The position numbers and the translations under genes were made by a program. A stretch of 63,981 nucleotides of DNA, filler included, from Malassezia furfur (Eukaryota): assembly GCA_052055015.1 (NCBI GenBank). It is 6 parts of 6 records of this genome, joined end to end, with 100 filler letters (N's around TTAATTAATTAA, not from the genome) between each part and the next. Parts side by side here need not be neighbours in the genome. Positions count along the whole stretch, not along the records: positions 55,012 to 63,981 come from JBQJIT010000440.1; 5 more parts are not named here. One strand, given 5' to 3'. How positions within the stretch are numbered: position 1 is the stretch's first letter; each line of letters starts with the position of its first letter. Below, in pieces: positions 55,069 to 63,981 of the stretch. The notes under the pieces are model-generated. The model was given only the letters and a program-made list of their open reading frames with translations, was not told the DNA's origin and did not search any database.

Positions 55069-56104
55069 TCACGTGCTATACACCCAAAGCCGTATGGACG
55101 CGTCCTGCTCAAGGCCCGCCGAGGCCAGCACGGGCAGTGTGGGATGCACCTGTGTGAGCAGCAAACGTACCGCAATCGCCGCGACGGCATCGCGATGTCC
55201 AACGAGTTTTTGGACAACCTGCTTCGTTTGCAGATCCCATAGGTATAATTCACGGTCTTCGCTCGGGGCCACGACAAGCGTCCGGGGCAACGCCGCGGAT
55301 GGCAGGTACGCAAACAGCGCGGTCCCCGCATACTTGGTATTCACATGTCCCGTGTACGTTTTGAGCACGCGCGCGTTCGCTAGGTCCCACAGCCGCACCG
55401 CGCTGTCGAGCGACATGGCCAGCAGCTGCAGCGATGACGGCGAAAAGCGCACCGACACGAGCGGCGCTTGGTCAACGTGCTGCAGCGTGCGCAAGCAGTG
55501 CCCGGAACTTGTATCCCAGAGACGACTGTGTCAGCCATCCACGCACGTACATTAGACCGTCATACGAGCACGAGGCAATCATCGTCCCGTCGCGACTAAA
55601 GTCGACATCGGTGACCGCCTCGGAATGCGCCGAGATCGTGCGGTGGCTCGTCCCGCGCTGTAGATCCCATAAACGAATTGTTTCATCAAAGCCTCCGCTG
55701 ACCAGCAGCGTGCTCTGTGGGTGGCACGCGACACAAAAGACATAGGACGTGTGCTCTGCAAACGTATGCACCAGCCGCGCCTTCTCCACCTCCCACACCC
55801 GTACAGTGCGATCGTCTGATGCACTGGCAACATACTTGCCGTCTCGCATCCAGCACACACTGTTCACACCGCCGTCGTGGCCCATGAGCGTATGCAGTAG
55901 GCGACCGGTGCGCGTTGACCAGATCTGCAGCTGCCGATCGGCGCCAGCTGACAGCAGCTGCTCGCCATCCGGCGAAAAGGCAACGCTGGCAACGGACCGC
56001 GTATGCCCATAGAGTGTGTAGAGCAGCGTATACGCGCCGCTCGCCTCTAGCTCCATCGGCGCGTCGCGCGCGGCGCGTGCGTCCGCAGCGCCGGCGTCGG
56101 CCAT
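55069..56104 (-). CDS. SWD3: WD40 protein WDR5/Swd3 (COMPASS)
   Basis: About 7 WD repeats; HTSYVFCV, VSGGFDETIRLWD, AHSEAVT, SCSYDGLIRLWD, KTYTGHVNTKY. Introns 55526-55550 (25 nt) and 55150-55170 (21 nt). Start codon uncertain. Confidence 0.85.
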
Positions 56105-56138
56105 CGTGTGGAGGAAATTCGCCGTCGCTTCGCCCATC

Positions 56139-56702
56139 ATGTCGGTGCCGGCGTTCCAGCGGCGACGCCGCGGCAATGTCGAAGTGGAAGACGCAAGTCA
56201 GGGGCGGTTAGGCCCTGGTATGTGGTGCACGACTCACACAGAATTCCAGGACGCTGGATGCTTGCTCATCTCCGAGGTGTTCCTCTTCTTTTCGCGCCCG
56301 GGCGAGACCATGGAGGGCGACACGCAGGGCACAGCGTAGGTGCATCTCGCTCACACAGTGTCGCGCAGAAGACCAAGGAATATGTCGACGACTTCAGTCG
56401 GTACAAGGAGCAGTCGACGATTCGTGAAGTGCGCGCGTACGTCTCGCGTTGCGCTGACCCAGCTTGCTGATCAAACACGCGGCGCAGCCCGACCTGGATG
56501 GCACCGTGTCCGACGACAAGGGCCTCCAGCTCACGCAGTTCGAGATGGCCCAGCTCGCGAACCTGGCCGTGTCGGACGTGGATGAGGCACGCACGTTAAT
56601 TCCTACGTATGTATGCCGCTCTCACCCAGACTCGCCAGCAAGGATGAAGCGCAGCTCGAATCGCTCCTGAACGAGCTTGCCGCGATTCGCCGGTTTGCAT
56701 GA
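56139..56702 (+). CDS. RPB4: RNA polymerase II subunit 4
   Basis: Introns 56218-56241, 56336-56358, 56437-56462 and 56607-56629 (23-26 nt). EDAS..LGPEF..CLLISEV..KTKEYV..FSR..FEMAQLANL..EARTLIPTL. Confidence 0.93.
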
Positions 56703-58044
56703 TCACGCGTACTGGGGCCCAGGTTTACCATGCCGGAACTGGGCCACCTGGCGCTTGGCAGCGTTCCAGATCGCGGCACCATATACATAATAGAATAGGC
56801 CAAACAGTGCGCCGCCGAGATGCGCAACATGGTCAAACACGCGCCATCCGCGTACGAGCCCAATCACGTCCAGCAAAACAAGCCTGTGTCAGTCGATCGA
56901 CGTACCCTGCCATGCCATATTGGATCGGGATCGCCGTGAATGGCAGGAACAGGATGCTGATGCTCGCTTGGGGATAAGCGCACGCCGACAGCACAAACGC
57001 CGCATAAATCGCGCCGCTCGATCCAAGGCTTGCGCGTTGAGCCAGCTGCATCAATGCGACACTCGCAATGCGGGCCGTGGAATGCAGCTGTGCGCGTACC
57101 GAGCTCGATGCACGGGGCAGCGCGCGTGTAGCGTCCCGTAAAATGGTCGACCCCAAACGCCAGCGCGTGGCTGTCACCAAATGGCTCGCAAGCGATGCAA
57201 ACGTGCCGGCCGTCACAAAGAACGCAAGGAACTGCGGCATGGGGTTTGCATCAGGCACGCTCTGCTTGCGGCTGCGCCATACCTGCTGTACAGCAAGTGC
57301 CGTGAGCGCACTGGCGCCCACCGACCACAGCGCAAGGTTGTTGAACAGAAAGTGTGCCGGCGCTTTGTGACTGAACACGGACGTGAGCATCGTTAGGACA
57401 CGACCGGAGGCCGGACGCGCCGTAAAGTAGCGCTGCATGAACCGGGTAAGGCCAAGGCGCGGTGCAAGCAGCCAAGCGGTAAATACGCCCGTATTCAAGG
57501 CCACCACCGGCACTGCTGCCTGTTGGTACGCCGGCAGCTCCGTGTACCATTCGGTCACCGCCAGCGACACGCGCAAAATAGGTTCGCGCACCAGCTCCGG
57601 TAGACCACGGAGCGCACGCGCCAGGCGAAAGAGGCGCGCATTGAATCGTTCAAATTGCGCGGCGCGGTCGGCTTCGTTGAGTCGCTTCGCGTCGTATTGG
57701 TCCGCAAAGAAGCTGGTCATGGGCGACCACAGCGATGCCGATGCATTTTGCACAAGACACTCAGTCTTACTCACAGACCACGCGGCACATCCACCAAACG
57801 CTAGCACGCTCACCGCGCCAAAGAAGAAGATAGCACGGCCGATCGGAGGCCGCGTCACCGCGATTTCGGCGCTTGCACGCTGCGCTGCGAGTAGTGATGG
57901 GGTATCATTCGGGTCGAATATGCGCCGGCGTGGCAGCAGGCGTGGGCGTGGCCAAAGCCGCGCGACCGGCGCAGAGGTGTGCATGCCACGCACCCACCCC
58001 GGTACAACACCGCAAGGCTGTCGAAGCATGGGAGGACCGTGCAT
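56703..58044 (-). CDS. PCP1: Mitochondrial rhomboid protease (Pcp1/PARL)
   Basis: [17 protein letters not shown] and catalytic SLGSSGA. Removing intron 56884-56905 (22 nt) restores [17 protein letters not shown]. Start may be 58044 or 58029. Confidence 0.9.
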
Positions 58045-58144
58045 CGTGCCCGATCCGATCGGGAGAAGATGGCGCAATCGCCCAAGATAACTCGTACGCA
58101 ATCAAGTTTAATTGGCTCGCACGGCGGCCCCCCGCCTCGCGCCT

Positions 58145-59634
58145 ATGACTCTTCGGCCATCTCGGATACACCCTTCCCTGTCCTTGATTCGCGCCATGAG
58201 CTCGTGGAATAAGCCTACGCGATTTCTCAACAGCCCTGCGCCGCGTGTCCAGCCCGAGCTGGCACGCGGAGTGGATGTATGGACCTTTTTCAACCCCATG
58301 GTGTTCCCCACCGCGGTGAACCTGGGGCAAGGGTTCATGAACTGGAAGCCGCCCGCATTCATTCTAGACGAGCTCACCAAAGAAATGCATGAGCGGGTCG
58401 AGCTGCACCACTACTCACACGCTCGGGGCCGTCCGCGCTTGCGTGCCGCGGTGCGCGACGTCTACTCGCAGTCCTTCCACAAGCCGTCGGAGGACACTGA
58501 CCTATCTGCCGGCGTAGTGCGTCTGGACGACGCTGGGATGCCGGCACAGCGCCCGGACCTCGGCGTGCCGCTTAACCCCGAGACAGAGATCGTGATTACC
58601 GCTGGTGCAAACGAGGCCATGTACTCGTCGCTCGCCGGCTTCCTCGACAAAGGAGATGAGGTAATCTTGTTTGAGCCCTTTTTCGACCAGTATGTGTGTG
58701 AGGCCAGCTTCAATGGCGGCGTGCCCGTCTATGTGCCCATGATCCCGCCGAACAGCAAGGAGCAGCGCCCTTCGGCGAATGAGTGGCAGTTTGACTGGGA
58801 CTTGCTAGAGCAAAAACTCGCGAGTCCGCGTGCCAAGGCGCTCTTCCTGAACACGCCGTACAACCCAATCGGCAAGGTGTGTTCATTGGCCGAGCTGCAG
58901 CGGCTCGCGCAGCTGTGTATCAAGTACGACATTCTGGTCATTGCCGACGAGGTGTACGACTGCCTGACCTTTGATGGCCAAGAGCACATCCGCATCGCGT
59001 CGATTGAGGGCATGTGGGAGCGCACGCTAACGGTCGGAAGCGCCGGGAAGACGTTCTCGTGCACGGGTTGGCGCGTAGGATGGATTGTGGGCGCTCCCCA
59101 CCTCGTTGCGCCGGCAATGGCCGCGCACGTGCGAATCACGTTCAGTGTCAACTCTGCGTCCCAGGAAGGTGCCGCAATCGGGCTCGAGCAAGCGGACGCG
59201 CATGACTTCTTTGAACAACAGAGGGAGCACTATGTGGCGCGGCGACAAGAGCTGTTCGAGGCGCTAGACTCGCTGAATTTACCCTACTCTGTGCCACACG
59301 GCTCTTACTTTGTGCTGGTCGACGCGTCGCGCATCCAGATCCCCGCCGACTTCCCCTTCCCCGACGAGGTGCGCAAAAAGCCGCGCGACTACCAGATGTG
59401 CTGGTTCCTGGCGAAGGTGTGTGACGTGGTTGCGATTCCCGTCACCGCATTCTATTCGGACGGGCACGCGCACGTTGGAGAGAACTACATTCGTTTCGCC
59501 TTCTGCAAGGACAACCAGATAGCAGAGGCCGGCCGACGATTGCAGAAGGTACGTGCTTGGACCCACTCGACCCCGGATGACTAACTACCCCGCAGCTCCA
59601 GCCCTATTTGCAGTCGGCTGATCCCCAACAATAG
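58145..59634 (+). CDS. BNA3: Class I/II PLP aminotransferase, kynurenine aminotransferase-like
   Basis: VNLGQGF, ITAGANEA, FEPFFDQY, NTPYNPIGKV, DEVY, SAGKTFSCTGWRVGW, IRFAFCK. Terminal intron 59549-59595 (47 nt). Confidence 0.9.
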
Positions 59635-59709
59635 CTTAGGTAAGCAAACGTGGGCCCCATAAAGTACCGCGTGCCTGCAGCAGCTTTCTCTTCCTGGCCC
59701 TGGTGCGCG

Positions 59710-62700
59710 ATGTTGCGCGGCACGAGTGACCCGCGACGGCGCAGGTATTCGCGCGGGGCGAGCGAAAGCGGCGACTCGGAGGCACGTCTCTCGCGCTCGC
59801 GTCCACAGAGCCGGTCCTCTGATGTGTTTCAGGACGCCGAGGATGTGAGCGAGATGGAGTACGCCCGCACGGCCTCGCGCCAGGAACGCCGCAGGAGTGT
59901 GACGGGGCGCGACAGTGAGCTTGGAAAGCGCCGCTCAATGCGACGCGATAGTGCCTCGATTATTCCAAGTGACATTGCGCGCCCAAACTCGCGCGCAGCC
60001 TCCTCGCTAGCGCATTACGCATCGGCCAACGAGGACGCACGCCCCCACTCGCGCTCGGCGTCGCGGCTGGGGCGCTCATCGTCGCGGCTGGGGCGCTCGT
60101 CTTCGCAGATTCGGGACCGCGAGCGTGCACTTGCGGATGACATGGTGGGCATTACGCCCGCGGCAGACCCCGGCGAGAAGCGCGAGCGCACGCGCAAAAA
60201 GAAAAGCGATGCACTCGCCAGCGATGAAAAGCGGCGTACGCACCGGCGCACGGTGCCCTCCGCGTCGTCCACCGGACGTGCCACGCACGAGGAGCGCCGT
60301 GCGGCGCGCAAAGCGGCGGCCGGCTCCGATGCGGGTAAGACACACCGCAAGCGGCGCCCGCGCGAAGAGCGCAGCGCCGCGTCCCCGTCGGTGGCAGATA
60401 CAAAGACACGCGCGCCGCGCGAGAACCGCCGCTCGCGTGAGCGTGGCGATATGCGCCGTGTCAAGTCCGAGACGTTCTTTGACGCGCCCGGCGACGTCAA
60501 GCCGACGCATGCGCCGAAGCGCTTGTCGGCCGACCTGGGCCGACCTGGCCGTACGTCGCTGGAGCGCAGCGGGTCGCATCGCGCTGCTGACCCGATAGAG
60601 CGCATCGCTGCGCCCCCGTCCGAAGCGGGCTTCCCGAGCAAACGGACTTCGGCGCCGCCTGCGGCCAAGAGCCCGCCGATGTCGATTGCGGGGTCATCGC
60701 GCCGCTTCCTAGGCTCCGTGCCACTGCTGGGGCGTAGCCGCGCGCCGACCATCCGCTCCTTCCGTCCTGGAAACGACGAAGAGCGCATGCGCGCCGCGCA
60801 GGAAAAGGCGGATGCGCGTGTGCGGGCGATCCAGGAGCGCGCCGAGGCGAAGCAGCGGGCCGCCGAGGAAAAACTCGAGACACGCCGCCTCGCCAACGAG
60901 ACGCGTGCCGAGGCGAAGGAGCGCGTTGCACGCGCCAAGGCCGAGGCGAAGGAGGCGGCGGCGCAGCGCAAGGCGGCGGCCAAGGAACTTGCCATGACCG
61001 AGCGTCAGCGCAAGCAGGATGCGCGCGAGCGCAAAGCGGCTGAAAAGCGCGACGCCAAGCTCGATGCTCAGCGCCAGCGCGAGATACAAAAGACCGAGGC
61101 GCTCGCGGCCGTACGCGAGCAGGAGCGCCAGCGCGAGTTGGCCGAGATGGACCGCAAACAAAAGCGCCTGATGGCCATCACGCCGTTCCGCCGGCGCGAG
61201 GACGCCGACGAGGTGCTGCTCACGCCCGAGCAGCGCCACGGCCTGCTCAAGTCGCTTGTGATGATGCAGATGCAGCAAGAGTTTCTCGACTTTGGGCACC
61301 CCGGCATCCTGGCGCAGTACGGCTACCCCTTCACGAGCGAAGGCACGAGTGTCCAGCGGAGCCGGCGCCGCGAGCTGGCCTTCTGGTCCAAAAAGAAAGA
61401 TGCCACGGCGCACATGCCGCAGGGCGCGCTCGATGCGCTGCATGAGCCACTGCTGTTGCGGCACATGTTCCACGTGCACCTGCGCCACTTCCCCGGCCTG
61501 GCCAACGCGCCCCTTGCGTTCTACCGCAAGCGCATCCAGCGCCTGAGCGATGCGTTTACCGCGGACGCGATGTCGACGTCGCGCGAGCGCAGCGAGCTGG
61601 TGCTCTCTCACATGCTGTCCCTCGTCGGCACGCAGTACCTCGGCCTGTTCTTTGCGCGCGGCTTTGGTGTGCGGGGCCCCGACGAGTTGCGCGGCCCCGG
61701 CATTGGCGAGCCGGGCACCGAGGCGTGGGGCGCCGGCAAGGAGTGGGGTGCGGGCACCGTCAAGCGCGGTCTGGACCGGCCGTACCAGCTGACGGACGCC
61801 GATTACCGGTTGATCGACAGCCTGTTTTACGGCGAGGAACTTGACGCATGGGTCGCCGCCGGGCGCGAGTCGCAGCGCGTGCAGGACGACTTTAGCGCGT
61901 TCAAGGAAACGATCATTGAGCAGGAGACGGGGTTGGAGGAGATCATTGAGTACCTTGCCGTGTCCAACGTCAATAACCTCCCGCCGCACCTGCAGAATGC
62001 CGAAGAATGGGTGCGCATCCACATTGCGCTTATGATGCGCTGGCTGTTTGTCGACTCGCCCTCGGCAGACTCGCTGTTCAACTTTGTGCGTGTGGTGCAC
62101 ATGCTCTTTCCCTACTGGCCCGCACGCCAGATCCTCAAGATCGCCAACGCACAGGTCATGATCCAGATGATGCTTTCGCTGCTGCTCGCGCAGCCAGCGG
62201 GCACCAAGTCGCTTTTCCAGCGCATCGTGGGCTTCGTCGTGTCGCGCGGCATCTCCTCGATCCAGCGCGAGTACATCGACCCACTGCGCAAGGAGATCAG
62301 CGAGCCGGTGCTCGTGCAAAAGATCGAGGCGTATGTGCGTCACAAGACGGCGCACGAGACGGAGCGCTTGGAGCGCTTGGCGGACGAGTCGGGCAACGAT
62401 CTGCTCACCACAATCCTTCTGTCGGACCGCGAGCCGCGCCTCGAGTCGGGGATGCGCGCGCACGTCCTCGACTTGCAGCGTGCCTATGCCGCCTCCCCTT
62501 ACCGCGCGAACCCCGATCTGGCGTATCCGCGCACGACGCCGCGCGGAAAAGATACCCCGCCGATCCCCGGCTGGGGTGTGTCGGTGGGCGACGCATCCAA
62601 GGCGCGCATGTTTGCGCTACTCAAGCTGCTTCTGCGCGAGCAGCTCAACAAGCGCGACCGCGAAAAGTTTGCGTCACTGCTCAGCTCGAGTTTGGTGGTG

Positions 62701-63615
62701 AACACCATCAAGGATGGCTTGCAGATTGTGTTTTACGACGCGATCCGCGACATTGCCTCGGTGGCGGACCTGAGCGGGCGCCTGGGCGACCTGCAAAAGC
62801 TAATTGAGGACATGATCCAGGTGCGCAAAACCACGGACAACAGTGCTGAGCGCTGGATTGATTTGGCGAACAAGCACCACGAGTTTATCTACTTCTTTGT
62901 GCACGAGTGTGCCCCGGTGGCCAAGCCGCTCTGGGAGTGGTGCCAGATGGGGTGCGATTACATGTCGCTCTCGACGACCGACCCGGCACACCCGGCGGAC
63001 CGCAGTGCCGAAAACATCGAGGTCAACCTGGACGAGATGCTCCAGGACGAGCGGTTGTCAGCCAGCGACGTGGACCACATTGTGCGCGAGATGGACGCGC
63101 TCACCACCTGGAGCCGCTGGCGGAAGATTCGCCGCGAACTCGAGTTCCGCAAAAACTTTTTGCTCGCCGTGCAGCCGGGGCCCACGGGGCTGTGGCGCGA
63201 GTCGCTCCCGTCTGACTCAATGCGCGAGGCCGTCGAGGACGTCGATGGGCTCTTTCTCGAGCTCCTCGAGAAGGAGCGCGTCGCGCCCGACGACGGCGCG
63301 TGCGACGCCGTGCGCGGCGGCGAGCGCCAGCACGTTCCCTGGGCCTTTTTCGACGTGCGCGACCCGCTCGGTCAGGGACTGCGCGCTGAGCCGCCCTCGG
63401 AGGAGCACCGGATAGAGAAGCCGCGCGTGGATGTGCGTCCGCCCACGCTCGACTACACGCGCCGGCTGCTGCCCATGTTCCGCGAGCTGCTGATATCCAA
63501 ATTGCCCGATTGGCTCGACCCGGAGGTGAATGGCGAGCCGATCCCGCAGCCCAAGTCGCTCGTGGCCACCTCGACGCAGCTGCTCAAGCCCAAGGGTTTG
63601 CTGCGCCGTGGCTAG
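59710..63615 (+). CDS. PXB / DUF3818-family protein (Ypr097w/Lec1-like) with an Arg/Ser-rich and coiled-coil N-terminus
   Basis: LTPEQRHGLLKSL..PGILAQYGYPF, FPGL, LLAQPAGTKSLFQRI, LNKRDRE. Single long ORF. Confidence 0.7.
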   Translation: MLRGTSDPRRRRYSRGASESGDSEARLSRSRPQSRSSDVFQDAEDVSEMEYARTASRQERRRSVTGRDSELGKRRSMRRDSASIIPSDIARPNSRAASSLAHYASANEDARPHSRSASRLGRSSSRLGRSSSQIRDRERALADDMVGITPAADPGEKRERTRKKKSDALASDEKRRTHRRTVPSASSTGRATHEERRAARKAAAGSDAGKTHRKRRPREERSAASPSVADTKTRAPRENRRSRERGDMRRVKSETFFDAPGDVKPTHAPKRLSADLGRPGRTSLERSGSHRAADPIERIAAPPSEAGFPSKRTSAPPAAKSPPMSIAGSSRRFLGSVPLLGRSRAPTIRSFRPGNDEERMRAAQEKADARVRAIQERAEAKQRAAEEKLETRRLANETRAEAKERVARAKAEAKEAAAQRKAAAKELAMTERQRKQDARERKAAEKRDAKLDAQRQREIQKTEALAAVREQERQRELAEMDRKQKRLMAITPFRRREDADEVLLTPEQRHGLLKSLVMMQMQQEFLDFGHPGILAQYGYPFTSEGTSVQRSRRRELAFWSKKKDATAHMPQGALDALHEPLLLRHMFHVHLRHFPGLANAPLAFYRKRIQRLSDAFTADAMSTSRERSELVLSHMLSLVGTQYLGLFFARGFGVRGPDELRGPGIGEPGTEAWGAGKEWGAGTVKRGLDRPYQLTDADYRLIDSLFYGEELDAWVAAGRESQRVQDDFSAFKETIIEQETGLEEIIEYLAVSNVNNLPPHLQNAEEWVRIHIALMMRWLFVDSPSADSLFNFVRVVHMLFPYWPARQILKIANAQVMIQMMLSLLLAQPAGTKSLFQRIVGFVVSRGISSIQREYIDPLRKEISEPVLVQKIEAYVRHKTAHETERLERLADESGNDLLTTILLSDREPRLESGMRAHVLDLQRAYAASPYRANPDLAYPRTTPRGKDTPPIPGWGVSVGDASKARMFALLKLLLREQLNKRDREKFASLLSSSLVVNTIKDGLQIVFYDAIRDIASVADLSGRLGDLQKLIEDMIQVRKTTDNSAERWIDLANKHHEFIYFFVHECAPVAKPLWEWCQMGCDYMSLSTTDPAHPADRSAENIEVNLDEMLQDERLSASDVDHIVREMDALTTWSRWRKIRRELEFRKNFLLAVQPGPTGLWRESLPSDSMREAVEDVDGLFLELLEKERVAPDDGACDAVRGGERQHVPWAFFDVRDPLGQGLRAEPPSEEHRIEKPRVDVRPPTLDYTRRLLPMFRELLISKLPDWLDPEVNGEPIPQPKSLVATSTQLLKPKGLLRRG

Positions 63616-63696
63616 GCGCGCTCCGCCCCGAGCCGCTCCGCATCGTCGCCCACGTAGAGTGATCGATTCATCATCCATACATACATCCTACGTCCG

Positions 63697-63981
63697 CTAC
63701 GCGTCGCCCGCCTTGGTATCTGCGCCGTTCGTCGCCGCGCGCGTGTCGTGCGGTGCCTCGGCCGCCGGCGGCTGCGCCTCGGCCTTGGCTTTTTTGGCTT
63801 CCTTGCGTGCCGCCGAGCTGCGCCCGCCGCGCCCGCCGCGCGTGTGCGAGCTGCGTGGACGCGGCGACGACGCACCCTCCTCGGCATTCGCCGGGGGCTT
63901 GGGCGCACGCTCCGCACGCTCCCCGCGCTCCTTGCGCTCCTTGCGCTCCGGCGCCGCCTTGCGCCCGAGCGGCTCGAGCGT
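63697..63981 (-). CDS. C-terminal 94 aa of an unidentified basic low-complexity protein (gene starts beyond the window)
   Basis: Frame open from the window edge: TLEPLGRKAAPERKERKERGERAERAPK..RGGRGGR..AGDA*. Confidence 0.5.
   Translation of the reverse strand, partial: TLEPLGRKAAPERKERKERGERAERAPKPPANAEEGASSPRPRSSHTRGGRGGRSSAARKEAKKAKAEAQPPAAEAPHDTRAATNGADTKAGDA

Noticed and set aside
60061..60102. 21-bp tandem duplication (SRLGRSS x2); also 9-bp CCTTGCGCT units near 63930-63965
   Set aside because: Short in-frame slippage repeats in low-complexity coding sequence.
1..63981. CRISPR arrays, rRNA, tRNA, transposons, prophage
   Set aside because: None recognised by eye. The DNA is eukaryotic and nearly all accounted for by protein genes. 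Small ncRNAs cannot be excluded without an Infernal or tRNAscan-SE run.

Overview
Eukaryotic DNA from a compact, GC-rich basidiomycete yeast. Gene content and architecture suggest Malassezia, which is an inference. The window is not one locus. It holds six contigs (1-10964, 11065-21980, 22081-32963, 33064-43937, 44038-54911, 55012-end) joined by identical 100-nt linkers (N44-TTAATTAATTAA-N44). Their lengths fall in order (>=10964, 10916, 10883, 10874, 10874), so gene order across linkers carries no biological meaning. About 30 distinct genes can be reconstructed by hand. Main signals: (1) 38 distinct predicted spliceosomal introns, 37 of them only 21-30 nt long (median 24), with the branch point almost fused to the 3' splice site; (2) a mitochondrial IF3 gene that must start inside the MED31/SOH1 coding sequence on the same strand, followed 14 bp later by AAR2; (3) intergenic gaps as small as 0-40 bp; (4) a bacterial-looking GFA-family gene beside tandem, diverged GIT1-like permeases and an acetate channel; (5) tandem cyanase paralogs; (6) a spacerless 10.9-kb palindromic contig that is probably an artefact. 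Introns and start codons are manual predictions without transcript data, and family calls come from recalled motifs, not database searches.
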